Shown here piece by piece: positions 11,361-24,444 of a stretch of DNA of 64,000 nucleotides. The DNA comes from Carcharhinus amblyrhynchos (Eukaryota), in the NCBI GenBank assembly GCA_965287045.1, contig OZ336870.1:113398001-113462000 (forward strand), read 5' to 3'. The notes under the pieces were generated by a model. The model was not told the origin of the DNA, did no database searches, and worked only from the letters and a program-made list of their open reading frames with translations. How positions within the stretch are numbered: the first letter of the stretch is position 1; every line of letters starts with the position of its first letter. The position numbers and the translations under genes were made by a program.

Positions 11361-14051
11361 GGAATATGTTATTCCCTGTACCAACATTTCCCAAATTGGG
11401 TTCTGCAGAACCCTGGGATTCCATGGGAATCATCCTGGGGTCCCATAGTAGATCCAGTTAAAGACAGTTGTCCTTTCAGCTTGCCCAGTCAAAAGTGGCT
11501 TTCACACTGTGTTGGCTACTGATGTATGTACGAGTGAACAAATCAGCAACCAATGCACTGGAAGGCTGGCCTCTGATGAATGAGCTGGAAATTGTGGCAA
11601 AGTCAGGGCAAGAGCAAAGGTGACCAGGCAGGAAAGTAAGCCGCAGCTACAGGGCAGGGAGGTAGGCCCATCTGAAGGCCAGGGCAATGGGTAGAGAGCT
11701 GGGTTAAGGAGTAGGGGCAGAGGTCAGGGCAGGAGGAGGGAGCAGAGGTGAGATCGAGGGTGGAAACCTTTTCTGTTTCCGCCCTCCCCACCCACCCCCA
11801 CCACCTTAGTAAGCTGCAAAATTAAGGCTGGATGGGATGACCACTTAACAGTCCCCCCTGCCGGGGGATTCACACCAGTAAAGTGACAGGGCCTATTTCC
11901 GCCTGAGAGGCTAACATCAGCGCACTGAGTGGCCCACTGTTCATGCACTGATCTCCAAGTAGGGCGATCAGCACATGCGCATTGCTCCCCCCCCATCCCA
12001 TCGCCGGCCTCGGGATTGTCAGCTTCCCGATGGCTTCACTGACAAACCCCCCATCTCCGATCACCAGCCCTGACCTCACCCCCTTGCCACACGATCCCTG
12101 GCCCTGACAAACCCCCCTGCCCCCTCCTCATCAACCCCTGTACGATTCCCCCCCAACTCCCATCAACCCCTGTACGATTGCCGGCCCCATCACCTCTCAA
12201 TCACCAATATCATCTCGGGTTCTTTAATGATATGTCCATTTTCATAAGATAATCAGCCTGGTGCTGTTTCCTGGAGTGATGTTGATTATGCCATTAAAAA
12301 TGGCCTGGGAAAGTCACAACTGACTGGATACTGGTCTGCGAATCCCGTTAACAGCCCTCCCGCTTACATTTTCTGGCCTGTTGCACTACTCAAGCAGCGC
12401 AGCGGACTGGGAAAATTGCGTCTACATTCTGTTTTGCACTTACACATTCTTAAAATGTGACCAGAGACCTATATTTATTGGCATCATTGCCCTTGAGAAG
12501 GAAGTAATGGCCTTCATCTTGAAGCACTGCAGTTCATGCACTGAAGGTGCTGTCAGCAGGAAGATTACAGAATTTTGATGCAATGAGAGATGTCTAAGCC
12601 ATGACAGTGTGTGACCTGGAGGTGATAGTATTCACATGCAGTTCTGTGGTTGTCCTGGGTAGTAAAAGTCACAAGTTTGAAAGGTGCTACAGAAGATACC
12701 TTGGGGAGTTGCAGTGATGCGCCTGTAGATAGTGTGTGCACTGGTATATTTATCAGCGATAATATGACAATAGTTAATAACTTGCCTGCATATCCCCCCA
12801 TACAGAAATCACACATTGAAACTAGCCAGACATTAGCCTATTTCAAAAATGATATGAATCAAATTGCTGTATCACATTATTTAGATAACGGGAGTGTTTA
12901 GCAGATTCAAGACCAGGATGCAGTAGGGAAGAGTGCTGTGTATTTACTAAATTGCATGATTTTAAACAATTCACAATAGCGGCAGCTCAGTGCGTATATC
13001 AGTGTAAGCTCTCTGTATAAAACAGCTGTTTCTATAAGAAAATGAAAGCACATAATCCTACCACTGCATCAAAAAGAATTATAGTGGGAAAATTGAAATG
13101 CCAACAAGATTTATATTTAATGACTGCTTAGGCTTGGAATTCTTGCTTCTAAATACCTTATCAAGAGTAAAAGATTCTTTCAATGAATCCAGATGCAATC
13201 AAGAAAATAATCTTAACCTTTTGCTTTACATAAAAAAAATTAAACCAGCATTGGATATGATAGCTGAGTTCAGTGCATTTATAACTTGTCTTATTTTTAT
13301 AACATTTTAAAAATGAAATATAGTTTACTGTAAGGCTAACTACTTTGCATATCAAGTTGAATGTTATAATTATTGCTAGGACTAGGTCCAGCACCTTGTG
13401 AACCCAACCACTGTATGATATATATCATTCAATTTACCTCTACGCTGCAATGCGATGGAGGCAATTCTACCCAATGCACCCAACTGAGCAGGCAGGCACT
13501 AAAATGCACAGGGAATTTGGACACTGATTTCACTCCTAACCTGATCTGAACCTGCTCCTCTAATCAATCAGTAAAGGCATCTACACGAAACCAGCAGAAT
13601 CCTTATGAAGCCCAAGGAATGATAGCTGTCCCAGCAGGTGAGGACCAGAAGAGACTATTTAATATATGTACACCAGAACTCTATGCCATGGAATTGGAGC
13701 GGGCAAGTGTCCGACAACAGAAATCTTCATTGACCTCGAGCAGGAATTCCTGGGCTCGTTTGAGTGAGGCCGTAAAATCCTGCCCCTTGTCTTTATTTTT
13801 AATTATCTTGTGTGGCCAAGAGGAACAGGAGTATATTGAGTATAAAAGCATGTTTAAAATGAGAAAGAGATTTGATGGTGTTGACATGGAGAAGTTATTT
13901 CTTCTGGTGGGGAATCCGAAACAAGAGGACATGATCATAAATCCAGACCTTTTGAAGTAAAATCAAGAAGCATCTTTTGAAAATCTTGAACTCTCCCCCC
14001 AAAAAAGGTTATGCATGCTGAGGCAATATAATTTCCAAGATTGAGTTTTAC

Positions 14052-14400
14052 AAAAGCAAAATACAATGGATGCTGGAAGTCTGGAATAAAAATGGAAAAT
14101 ATTGTCAGGTACTACATGTCTGGCAACATATGTGAAGAAAGAAACGGAGGGCTAAATTTTTCAGCCCTTTCCGTCAATGGGTTCTTCCTTGTCTGCAGGA
14201 GGACCTTCTATCCCACGGTTTCCTGGCAAAGCAGTCGGTGAGCAACTTTGGTGGGACTGGGAGTTTACATTGGCAGCCAATGGTGAGCCACTACTGGAAA
14301 ACATGCCATGCGGGGCTGGAAAATCCCACCCAGAATTAACATTTCACATTGACGACCTTTCACCAGAATTCCTGATGAAAGGTCATTGACTTGAAATATT
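14052..14400. repeat. Penelope-like repeat in inverted arrangement, with a MITE at 14149-14331
   Basis: Palindromic junction GACCTTTCACCAG-AATTC-CTGATGAAAGGTC; hammerhead core CTGATGA...GAAA at 14372-14396; MITE TIRs GGGCTAAATTTT/AAAATCCCACCC with GGA/AGA flanks. Confidence 0.7.
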
Positions 14401-15163
14401 GGGTTGAATTTTCCTTGGGTTTCAGGACCCAATATTAGGTCCCGTGCCCAGGCTTGTCATCAGAGTGTCCACTAGCACAACCTTGACATGTGGCAGGCTC
14501 CAATCTGACCCCTCCGAATTCCCCATCCAATTAAGGAGTGTGGGCAGGTTTCCAATGTGAGAGACTTAATTAGATATCCCACAGCACTGGCTGGTGGACA
14601 GCCCTAACAGGAGATATGGGCAATGCTGAGGCAGAAAGGCAAGTGGGATAACACCTCATGATGGACGTGTTCTTGGAAGTCTGCTGAAAATTTAAAATTA
14701 AAGAAGGTCCACAGTTGGGTGGATCCTCAATGTGGAGAAGAAACGCTGCCAGTCTCTAGGCTCCATGCTCAGGGGAGAACAGCAGAGTCTTCTGAAAATG
14801 GACACCATTGCCTATATTGGTAAATCAGCCAATCATCATGGAAACCCAAGTCTGGGAATCTTAGCTGGAGGCGGGGCCATATTAGGGAGCTTCCTAGATA
14901 TGCAACAATCTGAATTTCCCCATTCCCCACCATTCCTCCCCACTGTCAACAAATTCTTTTTTAAAAACAACTTTTCTGTCTTCCTGGAAGCAGATCTGGG
15001 GTGAGACAGACCTCTGTGGGTGCCTATCCCAATTTTAACTCTCCTAAGATACTTTCCTCACTGGTGACATAGGAGTGGGGTTGGGTGGGATGTGCAGTGT
15101 CCTTCTGCTACTGGGGGAAGGCAAGGCAAGAGATGGAGAGGGGAGTTGAAATCTTGCAACCCT
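14401..15163. mobile_element. Longer TIR element (Harbinger-type MITE)
   Basis: Starts GGGTTGAATTTTCC, ends GAAATCTTGCAACCC. Similar GC-richer TIR elements at ~4618-5351, 11700-12422, 54340-55186 and 60710-61320. Confidence 0.55.
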
Positions 15164-15656
15164 TCGCTGTATGATAAGAATATTGGTTGAATCCTGCCTT
15201 TGAAAAGTAATATTGGTTGAATCCTGCCTTCACTTCCCCTGGGATTAGTGTCTCAGAGATTTACAGATCTGTTTTATGTTGGGATATACAACACTGAGGG
15301 CTATTGAGAGGGGTCAGACAGAAACTCTGGTCAATGATATTAGGTTGACACTTCCACACATAATAAGGCAGATGCAAGAATTGCACACCTCTACTGCCAG
15401 AGATATGTTGTTCAACGAAGAAAAGAGGGAGAAGAGGTCTGACATGATCAGTTCCCACCTTAAACTTAGCTGCTGACCGCCCAGAAAAAAAGGAATTTCA
15501 TAGTCTTAACAACTGCATTGAATTACAATGCAAACAAACAGGCATTGTACAATGAGATATCAAATGATAATAAATACTGATCCTGACCACAACAATTGGA
15601 GTTGAAAGCAATCAGATTTTATGAGCTGCATTGCCAGAAACAAGATATAAAATGCA

Positions 15657-15795
15657 TAAAAGCAAATTGCTGCAGATGCGGGAATCTGAAATCAAAAGAG
15701 AAAGCGCTGGAAAATCTCAGCAGGTCTGGCAGCATCTGTAAGGAGAGAAAAGAGCTGACATTTGGAGTCCCGATGACCCTTTTTCAAAGCTTTTC
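15657..15795 (-). repeat. Penelope-like repeat copy
   Basis: Same family body; degenerate hammerhead end. Confidence 0.7.
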
Positions 15796-15839
15796 ATCGA
15801 GATATAAAATGCAACTTCTTAAGCATATGATGCAAATAT

Positions 15840-16565
15840 AATTACAGCAGTTTGACAGTTTTGGTCTCCTTACTTAAAGGAAGATATGCTTATCTTGGAA
15901 GGAGTATAAAAAAATTTAACGAGTGATTCCTGGCAGGACTGGATTGCTCTAGGACTCCTATATTCCCTGGAATTTAGGACAATGAGAGATGGTAATATAA
16001 AATTACTAAGCAATTGGACAGCATTGAGGTGGGAGGATGTTTCCCCGGCTCAGGAATTTATAACTATTGGCTGAATTTTACACTCATCCGCTGTAAATTT
16101 GAAGATAGGAGGCCTTATAAATTCCAATGGCAGTCTTCTTGCTACCTACCCATCCCAACCTGTCTGAAATTTTACTGGGAGCTGATGGGGGGTGGGGGGT
16201 CTTGGTGGCGGTGGGGGAGGTGGCCAATTATTGGGCACTTAAAGGCCTTATTCTGCCGCTGCTGGGATTTACCCTGTGAGGTGAGAAGCAGGGGGCTGTG
16301 TTTATGACACACTGTAAAATCTAGCCTTATGAATCATGGTCTCAGAAGAAGGGGCCAGCTATTTATGACTCAGATGAGAAAAATTTCTTTATTCATAGGG
16401 TTGCGAATCTTCGGAATTCTCTGCTCCAGAAAGTTGTGGATGTTCAACCATTAAGTACTTTCCAAGACAGGGGTTGATAGATTTAAGGGTGTTAAGAAAA
16501 TTAAGGAATACGGGAACAGTATAGGAAGGTCAAAGTAGAAGATCAGTTATCATCCATTGAATGGG
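15840..16565 (+). mobile_element. CR1 LINE 3' portion with MITE insertion at ~16068-16327
   Basis: Decayed CR1 ORF2 end; TIR-like GGCTGAATTTTACA...TGTAAAATCTAGCC. Confidence 0.65.
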
Positions 16566-18080
16566 AGGTTTAGAGGGTGGCTATCCTGAAGGATTTGTTA
16601 AGAATTCCACCAGATTTCTGCCCACACTTTACAAAGCCTATAACACTGAGGAGGAGGATTTAAGTCAGAATTATGTTGGGACTTCAAATTTCCCTCGATC
16701 AGGGGAGTGGGCAGGACGTTGAGATGTGGATTTCAATGTGTTGGGAGATTGAACTCCTGGCTTGAAAAATAATGGGTAACCTATCTTAAGAAATAGGAGA
16801 AGGCCATTCAGTAAGCTTCACTTCCACTTGTGGAAATACAAGTGTTCTCGTCCAGAAACATTAGCAATTGTATTTGACCATTGACAAGTAAGGTAAATGC
16901 AAATCAAAGCTTCTCTTGATGTTGGCATAAAAACTTATAAAATATGGTTTTATCTTTTGTGTGTAGAAATTTATTGGCTTTCTGAGCACACAAACCAACC
17001 TAGAATAAGTGAGTTCAATGAGAAATTTTGTTTCTCTGTATAAGCTGACATTCAGATTATGCTCCCAGTCTTTTATCCTCATATTAGTCCACCTGGTCTC
17101 CTTTGCTTTCTTTGCCAAGTACTGCAGAAGAGTCAACATGTTTGACATATAACTGTTGGCCTTTTAATTTAATGCTGAGCTAAAATGGCAAAAGTCTCTT
17201 CCAGCATTTCAACAACAAAATTCCATCTTGACTTTGAAACATTTTTAAATATTTTAAACCCGTGGTTCATTATTTTTAACAGGTTTGCGGTATTTTAATT
17301 AATACAATATGAATAATATTTACAAAAGCATTATTCAAACAAGTGATTAACAATGGCATTTGCAGGATAATTAACACATAATGAACTGAAGAGAAATCTC
17401 TAAGTACATTAAGGGCATCTGTATATTTGATCTGTACGGAGTGGTGTGTGATTGGCAGATTCAAGTTGCACTATTTGCTTTTCCTACTTTGCTCTTTAGC
17501 AAAGAAGCTCTGTGCATCTGCTGCAATACCCATGTGCAAACGTCAATCACAACCATCCGAATATTGATTAAATTTCCAAGTTAGGAGAGAGCCGATAGGA
17601 CCATCTGCTAACGAGAAAACCATGACAGCAAAGATCATTAAGTTATCAGCCTCAGAGAATTAATGGGTGAATGTGGAAATCTAACATGGTGCTAAATCAA
17701 AACAAAACAGATGAAATGTCTATATTACTGTCAGATTATAGCTCACATTGGATTGTGCTGCCGGGAAGAGTGGACCAGGCATGTTGATTTGGCCCTAATT
17801 TCAGGGTTGCGAAGCTCATAGTAAAATCCAGCCTTTAAAGTGTCTGGAAGTACTCTGGAGTATTGTTGATGGTATTGTAGTGAGTTCCTTTACTTGATAG
17901 GGAATATTGCTGCATCCTCACAGGAAGGGCAGAGCCTTAAGTGGCCTGTTGATATAAAGATTGTAATAGATATAGGAACTGCAGTTGCAATGACTCTAGG
18001 TTTTCAGCAATACATGGAAAATGGAACAAAGGCTGTGGAAAGGACAATCACTGCTGCATACCCTTTGCCGAGTTGGATCC

Positions 18081-18338
18081 TGTTATATATTCAAGTGGTT
18101 GCATGATTGGTTTAAGAGCAAGTCACATGACTTGATCATGAGGTCATTGGGGTTTCACAGGCTTCTGTCTTAGTTTCATCTTCTATTCTGTGCAGAGTAC
18201 ATCTCTTTCAATAAACCTGTTGTGTGTTATTTTGAATCTACGTGTGCAAACCATATCTCTTGCTTTTTGTTTAAAACCCACAACCACTAAGATAGATAGG
18301 ACATTACAAAAAGAAAATTGGCAATGAGGATGGGATTC
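18081..18338 (+). mobile_element. Gypsy-type LTR with tRNA-Ser primer binding site
   Basis: TGTTATA...AATAAA...CATTACA followed by TGGCAATGAGGATGGGATTC (18319-18338), a CpG-decayed TGGCGACGAGGATGGGATTC complementary to the tRNA-Ser(GCT) 3' end. Confidence 0.7.
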
Positions 18339-18789
18339 AAGCCAACACCTCCATGTTCTCTGATATTGTCTAATGCTAACTGTGTGCAAAACCATCAGTA
18401 TTCTCTTGTATCCTATCTTGTCAATGTCTACATTTGAGTTTCACGCAACAGAACTTACATACAACTACACCATGTGATGAACTAGCAAATGAACTATCTT
18501 TTATTCCTGGTCTGAACACAGCCCATTTGTGCCTAGTGTCTCATTGTGTGTTGAACATAACTCAGTACTAGTTTCTAAGGCACATCCAGTCCAATATGTC
18601 TCTTTAGCAATGCTGTGCTTATGCTCTCCCTTCTCCTGATGTTCCTGTGACTAGGCAGGTGGCAGCTCTGAAAGCAGGGAATCAGAAATGGAGGGTTACG
18701 GTAATTGGGGTTGAGTGCAAAGGAAGATGTTCACGTTTAAAGCATTTGCTGCTTAAGCTTCATGCCAGATAGCAGAATGAGGGAGTGCA

Positions 18790-19092
18790 TTACAGTGCAG
18801 AAGGAGGCCATTTGGCCAATTGAGTCTGCACCAACTCTCTGAAAGAGCCCTCTGCCTGGGCCCATTTCCCACCACATCCCCAAAACCTTGTGCATTGATT
18901 ATAATCAATCCACCTGACTTTCGCACCTCCGGACAATAAGGGGCAATTGAGCATAGCCAGTCCATTTATCTTGCACATCTTTGGACTGTGGGAGGAAACC
19001 AAGCACCCTCAGGAAACCCATGCAGACATAGGCAGAACATACAAACTCCACACAATCACCCAAAACTGGAATTGAACCCGGGTCCCTGGCAC
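18790..19092 (-). mobile_element. HE1-like SINE, CR1-type tail
   Basis: Reverse complement homologous to 6476-6800. Confidence 0.85.
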
Positions 19093-19094
19093 CA

Positions 19095-19930
19095 TTCCAT
19101 TCAGTTTTGTATTTTCAAATTAGGTGATCTTTCTGTTTTGTTCTACCAAAGTATATCATCTCACTTTTATTTATTTTAATTCATTTAACTGGTTTGTCTG
19201 CAAACTATTGAATGTCTTAATCTATTATGATGCATTTGTTCTCCATATTATCTATACCCACTGCCCCTCCCAAATTTGGTTTTGACTCAGATTTTGATAC
19301 CGAGTTACTTATTCCTAAATTCAGACTATCAATATGGCCAAAGCATATTAACCACTTCTACATTTTTCCAGTCTCAATAACCAGCATTTATTCTATTCTC
19401 AGTTTTCTATTTCTTAAGATTTGTTACTCCTACAGTTATCTGTTCCCCTTACCATAAACCTACCATATGATACTTATCAAAGGCCTTTGAAAATCAAAGT
19501 ATATGGCATCTACTATATTACACTTGCCTATGCTTTCTGCTACCTCTTCAAAGAATTCTAGCATATTAGTTATGCATGATATAACCTTTCAGAATTCATG
19601 TTATTTTTTTCATTATAGGTCCTGTCTCTAGATACTTTCCTATCATTTATTTCAATATAGATTCAAGTATCTTTTCTACCACTGACACTAAATTGCCAGG
19701 TCTATACTTCTCTGGTTTTTCTCTATCTCCCCCTTTGTATTTAGGAACAATATTAGCTGTCTGCTAGTCTTCTAGCACAATCTCTTTTCAATGGGCTTCT
19801 TTATTTCTAAATGTGTGCCTCTGTCTTCTTCTCTCTAACTTCTTTGAGGAGACAGATTGCGTTCTACTGGATCTGGAGGTTTATTTGCTTATAATTTTGC
19901 AAGTTTGTCAATTATTTTCTTCCTTTCTAT
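19095..19930 (-). mobile_element. Old CR1 LINE fragment
   Basis: ACTTATCAAAGGCCTTTGAAAATC on plus corresponds to the DF-KAFDK motif on minus. Confidence 0.65.
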
Positions 19931-20061
19931 CATAACTATCAATTGTCAGGCTCAGTACAAACATGAGGCTAGTGGATATTATGGACTCTAAGATCATACT
20001 TTGGTGAAAGCAACCACAAAACTTGTTTAAGGTGGCTGGCTGTATCTTAACATATTACCAC

Positions 20062-20115
20062 TGTTCATCCAGCAGTAGGGATACTTCAGTTGCAAGCAAT
20101 AAAAGAACTAACCTT
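20062..20115 (-). mobile_element. Second LTR-end fragment of the same Copia element (probable 3' LTR end)
   Basis: TGTTCATCCAGCAGTAGGGATACTTCAGTTGCAAGCAATAAAAGAACTAAC closely repeats 24143-24193 and ends in CA on the minus strand. Confidence 0.7.
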
Positions 20116-20649
20116 GAGGAACCTGGTTTGCTTCCATAAAGTTTCTATGACACCCTCTTCATCCCACTGCCTCTGAGATGCCCCAATGTCAGGAAGAGGG
20201 AAGAGTCATAGCCGCAGTCTCTGAGCTCTTCCTCCTCCCATGGGGTTCCTGTGGGCCCCTGGGTCACTCCATGGGACGGCGATACTTCTGCAGTGAGCTC
20301 AGAAGCTCCAGCATCACCTGGCACTACCAGTCCTGGTACCTACATCATACCCATGGTGATCGAGTCCTCTGCGAAGGCCACTTGAGTCGAGGGCCACCCC
20401 TCAATGACCGCAGCATCCCATCTGTGATTGGGCCATGCTCTGCAAACCCTTAGCCATGACTCTCTACAACTGGGCCACATTCTCAAGGACTGTTGCCATA
20501 GCCTGCTGTGTCTCAACGCTTTCCCGTTGGGTCTCCTGCAAGCTCTCGAGCTTCTTCATCATGGGCCACAGAATATTGTTCAGTCCCTCAGCTGTGGCCT
20601 GCTGTGATTCGGCCATCACTTGAAGCCTGCCACTCATGGTTAGGATCCC

Positions 20650-22157
20650 CTACCCCAGGCGTTCCACTGCAGGCACCACCCTTGCAGTGTTGGTCTGGGA
20701 ACCACACAAGACAGGCAAAAGCTGGTCCACCTGAAAGCTTTGGAACTCCTCCTGACAGCCACACAGTCGATCCAGTGTGGTCGTCAGCCCTTCCTGCATT
20801 CCCTGGCTCTGTTGCTGCATCTCCAGCAGCTGAGGGAGAAGTGATCTCAGAGGCCCATCATGTAGCCTGAGGCCAGCTGAATCCTCGCCTCTGACAGGCC
20901 CTCCGCATGCCAGAGGCCTCAGATGTTCCCTTTTCCACATTATCAGATGCATCATGCTCGCCAGAGAGTGACCCAGAAGCCTCACTGCTAACTGGATCCA
21001 CTGATATGTCTGTATCTGGGATGGTGAGTTACGAGATGGAAGCTGATGCCAAATCAGTGCCACCCTCAGAGTCTTTTCACCCATATCCTCGGAGGACTCA
21101 TCCATGCTGTCTGGACCAGGATGGACAGGACTGCTGTAATAGCCTGGAGTCCAGAAGGCCCCAGGGCGTCTGAATGCATCCGGACAAAGTTAAGTACAAG
21201 GGTGGAAGAGGAATCTGGAATACAAAACACGCGATTCACATTTCTCCATTGAACACAGAACAAAGCAGAAAGAAAATTATATCATAGGAACAGGCCCTTC
21301 AGCTCTCCAAGCCTATAGTTACCAGGCTGCTCATCTGATTTGTAACCCCCACCCTTCCGGGGACCATATGCCTCTATTCCCATCCCATTCACGTAGCTGT
21401 AGAGATGCCCCTTAAAGGTCACTATCATTTCTGCGTCAGCGACCTCCCCCGGCAGCATGTTCCGGGCACCTACTACCCTCTTTGTGCAAATAAACATGCC
21501 TCATACATCTCCTTTAAATCTTGCCCCTTGTACCCGAAACTCATGCCCCTGAAACATTGCCTCAGAGTGAATAGAGTAATGACAGGTGCTCACTCATGAT
21601 AGTAGCCCAACCATGCTGTTGCTGACAGCCTACATCTCCCCTTCCCTGGAGAGCTCCAGCACCCGCTCCTCAAAGGGGATGAGGACCTGGAGGTCTGACT
21701 CACCACCCCTGTCTTTGCTCTCTCATGGCTGTCATGGTCAGTCTTCTCCTGTGGAGACAGAAGGAGCCATGAAAGAAATGGAGGCCTGATTCCTGCAAAG
21801 TATAACGTGATGGCCCTTACAGGGCAAGCTTAGTGGGGCTCTTGGGGGTTAGGAGCTGGCAACATGCCAAGTGCTGGGGATGGGAGGATCTGGGGTGATT
21901 TGGGAGAAGATGCAAGATGGGGTTCAGCGCTCACTTTTGTTGCATGGATGAGGTCATTGACTTCTTTCCGGGACTGCCTTCCGGTTCAAGGGGCCAGTGC
22001 TCTGGCACTGACTGAGGCGGCGACTGCCTCACAGACCACATGGCCCATGGGTCTGCATCCTCCTGGGAGGGGACAGGGTGTCCCACCTCCCCTCTGCTGC
22101 ATCCAGTAGCCTCCCCAGGGCGCCCTCAGAAAATCAGGGAGCTGGCTGTGTGCTCAT
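20650..22157 (-). pseudogene. Decayed 3-exon Harbinger Myb/SANT-like (NAIF1/MSANTD-type) gene
   Basis: Exon 1 22157-21935: MSTQPAP*FSEGALGRLLDAAEGRWDTL...EAVAASVSARALAP*TGRQSRKEVNDLIHATK|gtgagc. Exon 2 21748-21594 (ctccacag|; EKTDHDSHERAKTG...LIPFEERVLEL; |gtgagc). Exon 3 probably from 21169. Stops and frameshifts present. Confidence 0.75.
21245..21550 (-). mobile_element. CR1 3' end inserted in intron 2 of the Harbinger Myb gene
   Basis: RVVGARNMLPGEVADAEMIVTFKGHLYSYVN is a typical CR1 ORF2 C-terminus. Confidence 0.8.
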
Positions 22158-23009
22158 TTTCTCCCTGCAGTGCCTGCCTGCCTGTCCATTCTTGAGTTTT
22201 TAATGGAGCTGCCCCTTGTGAGGGCAGATCAGCTGCAGGCAGTTTGGCAGAGCATTCCAGCAAGTTCCATGCAACTTGCTTGTAAACACTGAGGGGAAGG
22301 CAAGTGAGCACTTGCAGGTATGCTGATGGGGAGGGATGGGTGGTGGATCATTGCCTCAATGATTGGGGACAGGGGAGAGAAAGTAAGGTGTCACACAGCC
22401 ATCGGAGTCTGGAGGAGATGGGGGCCTTGTGCAGGAGGGTCCAGGGTGTGGGAGAGGGGATCATCCTGTCTGATATCTGTAGGATGGAGGGAGATCTCTT
22501 TGCCTGAGATCTGTGGGGGTTAAGGAGTGTCCGCTGTCATTCTGCTTGAAATCGGTCAGGGGGAAAGGGGAATCTGCTGCCACTCTGCCTGAGATTAGTA
22601 GCGGGAAGGGAGGTCCACTACCACTCTGCCTGAAATCAATGTGCGGGAAAAGGGCAAGGGGACCATGACCGGTCTGGCTGGTGCGGGAGTGGGGGTTAAG
22701 AGGGTCAGTAATGTTGTGGGGAGTGAGGGAATGTCTTTGGGGGCCAGGAGGAAGCCCTGGAGGGATGTGGCAGAGAAGCGTTATCATTTTTTTTTACACA
22801 TGCGCAGTTGGAGGCACCAGTTGGAGCTGTAGGGTTTCAGGTGCATTAAGCCCCACTCACAGGCTTGTGCAGTGCGATTCGGAATAGCTGATATTTTTCA
22901 GGCAGAGTGTGTATGGGGGTGCCTGAGAACAGGTCTAAAAGTTGGATCTGAAACACTCCCAGTTTCAAGTCCGCCCAGCACTTAGAATCAAAATGGTAAA
23001 ATAGAGCCC

Positions 23010-24444
23010 TAAATTGCAATTTAGTCAATCTTTGCTACATACAGTTGATGTACATCCAGTATCCAAAACTGCACAGTTGAAAGAGTTTATCATCAGCACA
23101 TTCATTATTGGACTCAATTTTTCTACGAACAAAATGATGCTTTCATGGTCCTTGTCCTCATCACTGTCAGTTTCTACATATGCTCATGTGTGGTTTCAAA
23201 GACATGGTTTCTTCTTTTTGGACACTTCACTATGTAGTGATATGGGGAATGATATTGAAAACAGTGATTCACAATCCCTTCACCATTTCTTCAATTTAAT
23301 TGTCTTTTATCACTTTCCCATGTGTGTCTATTTTCCCCACTATCAAATCGGTTATAACCGTTTCAACATCAGGTCTGTTATTTAAGTACCTGTCCCTGCT
23401 TAGGGGCCTTTGTGTAGCATTTGCTTGAGCACACAGCTGAGCTACCATTGAATCCTCTACTCTGGGTGCTATGGCATTCCGATCTGAATTGAAAAAAGTG
23501 GCAGAGAACGATTGTTTCCTGAAAAACTTTTTTAATGATATTACCATTTGATCAAAAAAGGGCTTTGCTTCCTTAAATTGTACTCCAGTCATTACCAGAA
23601 GACTATCCACTTGAGACAGACATGCACATTCCAGCAATTTAAAGGCCAATATCACATCTGGAATCTCCAATTTAAATGTCATTAGCCTGTTCTGGCCCTT
23701 ATTAAAATCGATGATATATTCCTCCATGGACCCGCTTTCTTGTCTTCCAATCCTGTCAAAAATCACCCACCCTTCATAATTCTTCAAAACTCTTATTTTT
23801 GATAAAACTTATTTAGATATTGCAACAGGAGCTATAACCCTTCTTCTTTATCTAGAGCATCTGCAGTCCAGTCAGAAAACACTTTGCTCCTCATCTTACT
23901 TCTAGCAAAAGTAACAAAGTTAAGGCCATACCTTGCTTTTTCCTTGGTATTGTAGTAACAAGGATCCACATTCCCACTTCTGTCTTCCATTGCCGATATG
24001 GCTCCGTATCCAAAAAAAAGGGTACAATCCAACGAGGTAAGTTTGCTTTTAACTTCAGTCATGGTCATGTCCTGAATCTCTAGAATTTTTCAGGCCTTAC
24101 AAAACAAGCACCAAGCTATGATGGGTTTTCCTGTGCTACCATAGTTCATCCAGCAGTAAGGATACTTCTGCTGCAAGCAATAAAAGAACTAACTTCAAAA
24201 AGTAAATCAAAGAAAAAGATTTAATGAAAAAACTTCATTACTCCAACACTTGGGACCACACCCTGGGCCTTACAAGCTTCTCACAATTCCCATCTGCTTT
24301 TTATTTATACTGTCAGCTGGTCTGCTGGCCACCACGTTGGTTTGTTACTGACTATATTGTCTACCAGGTCAGCTGACCCTCACAACATGTTACCATTGGT
24401 TACATTATAACAGATCCAATGTTATCTTTGGTTACATTATAACA
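23010..24444 (-). mobile_element. Ty1/Copia (GalEa-like) LTR retrotransposon 5' part: LTR, PBS, decayed gag and protease
   Basis: LTR starts TGTTATA at 24444. PBS TGGTAGCACAGGA (24141-24129) matches the tRNA-iMet 3' complement at 12/13. Gag-like SMEEYIIDFNK...LEIPDVILAFKLLECACLS; degenerate zinc knuckle CFQYHSPYHYIVKC (~23270-23215); aspartic protease motif AVLDTGCTSTVC (~23070-23035). Confidence 0.85.

Larger units (their letters stand above)
20150..23009 (-). mobile_element. PIF/Harbinger DNA transposon remnant carrying a Myb/SANT accessory gene, inserted in the Copia protease region
   Basis: Terminus GGGCTCTATTTTACCATT at 23009 flanked by TAA; subterminal region homologous to 45250-45450; internal decayed Myb-like gene. 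The second TIR and the transposase are not seen. Confidence 0.8.

Noticed and set aside
15179-15230. 22-bp direct repeat with a short spacer
   Set aside because: Only two units in a eukaryotic context; a simple tandem duplication, not a CRISPR array.
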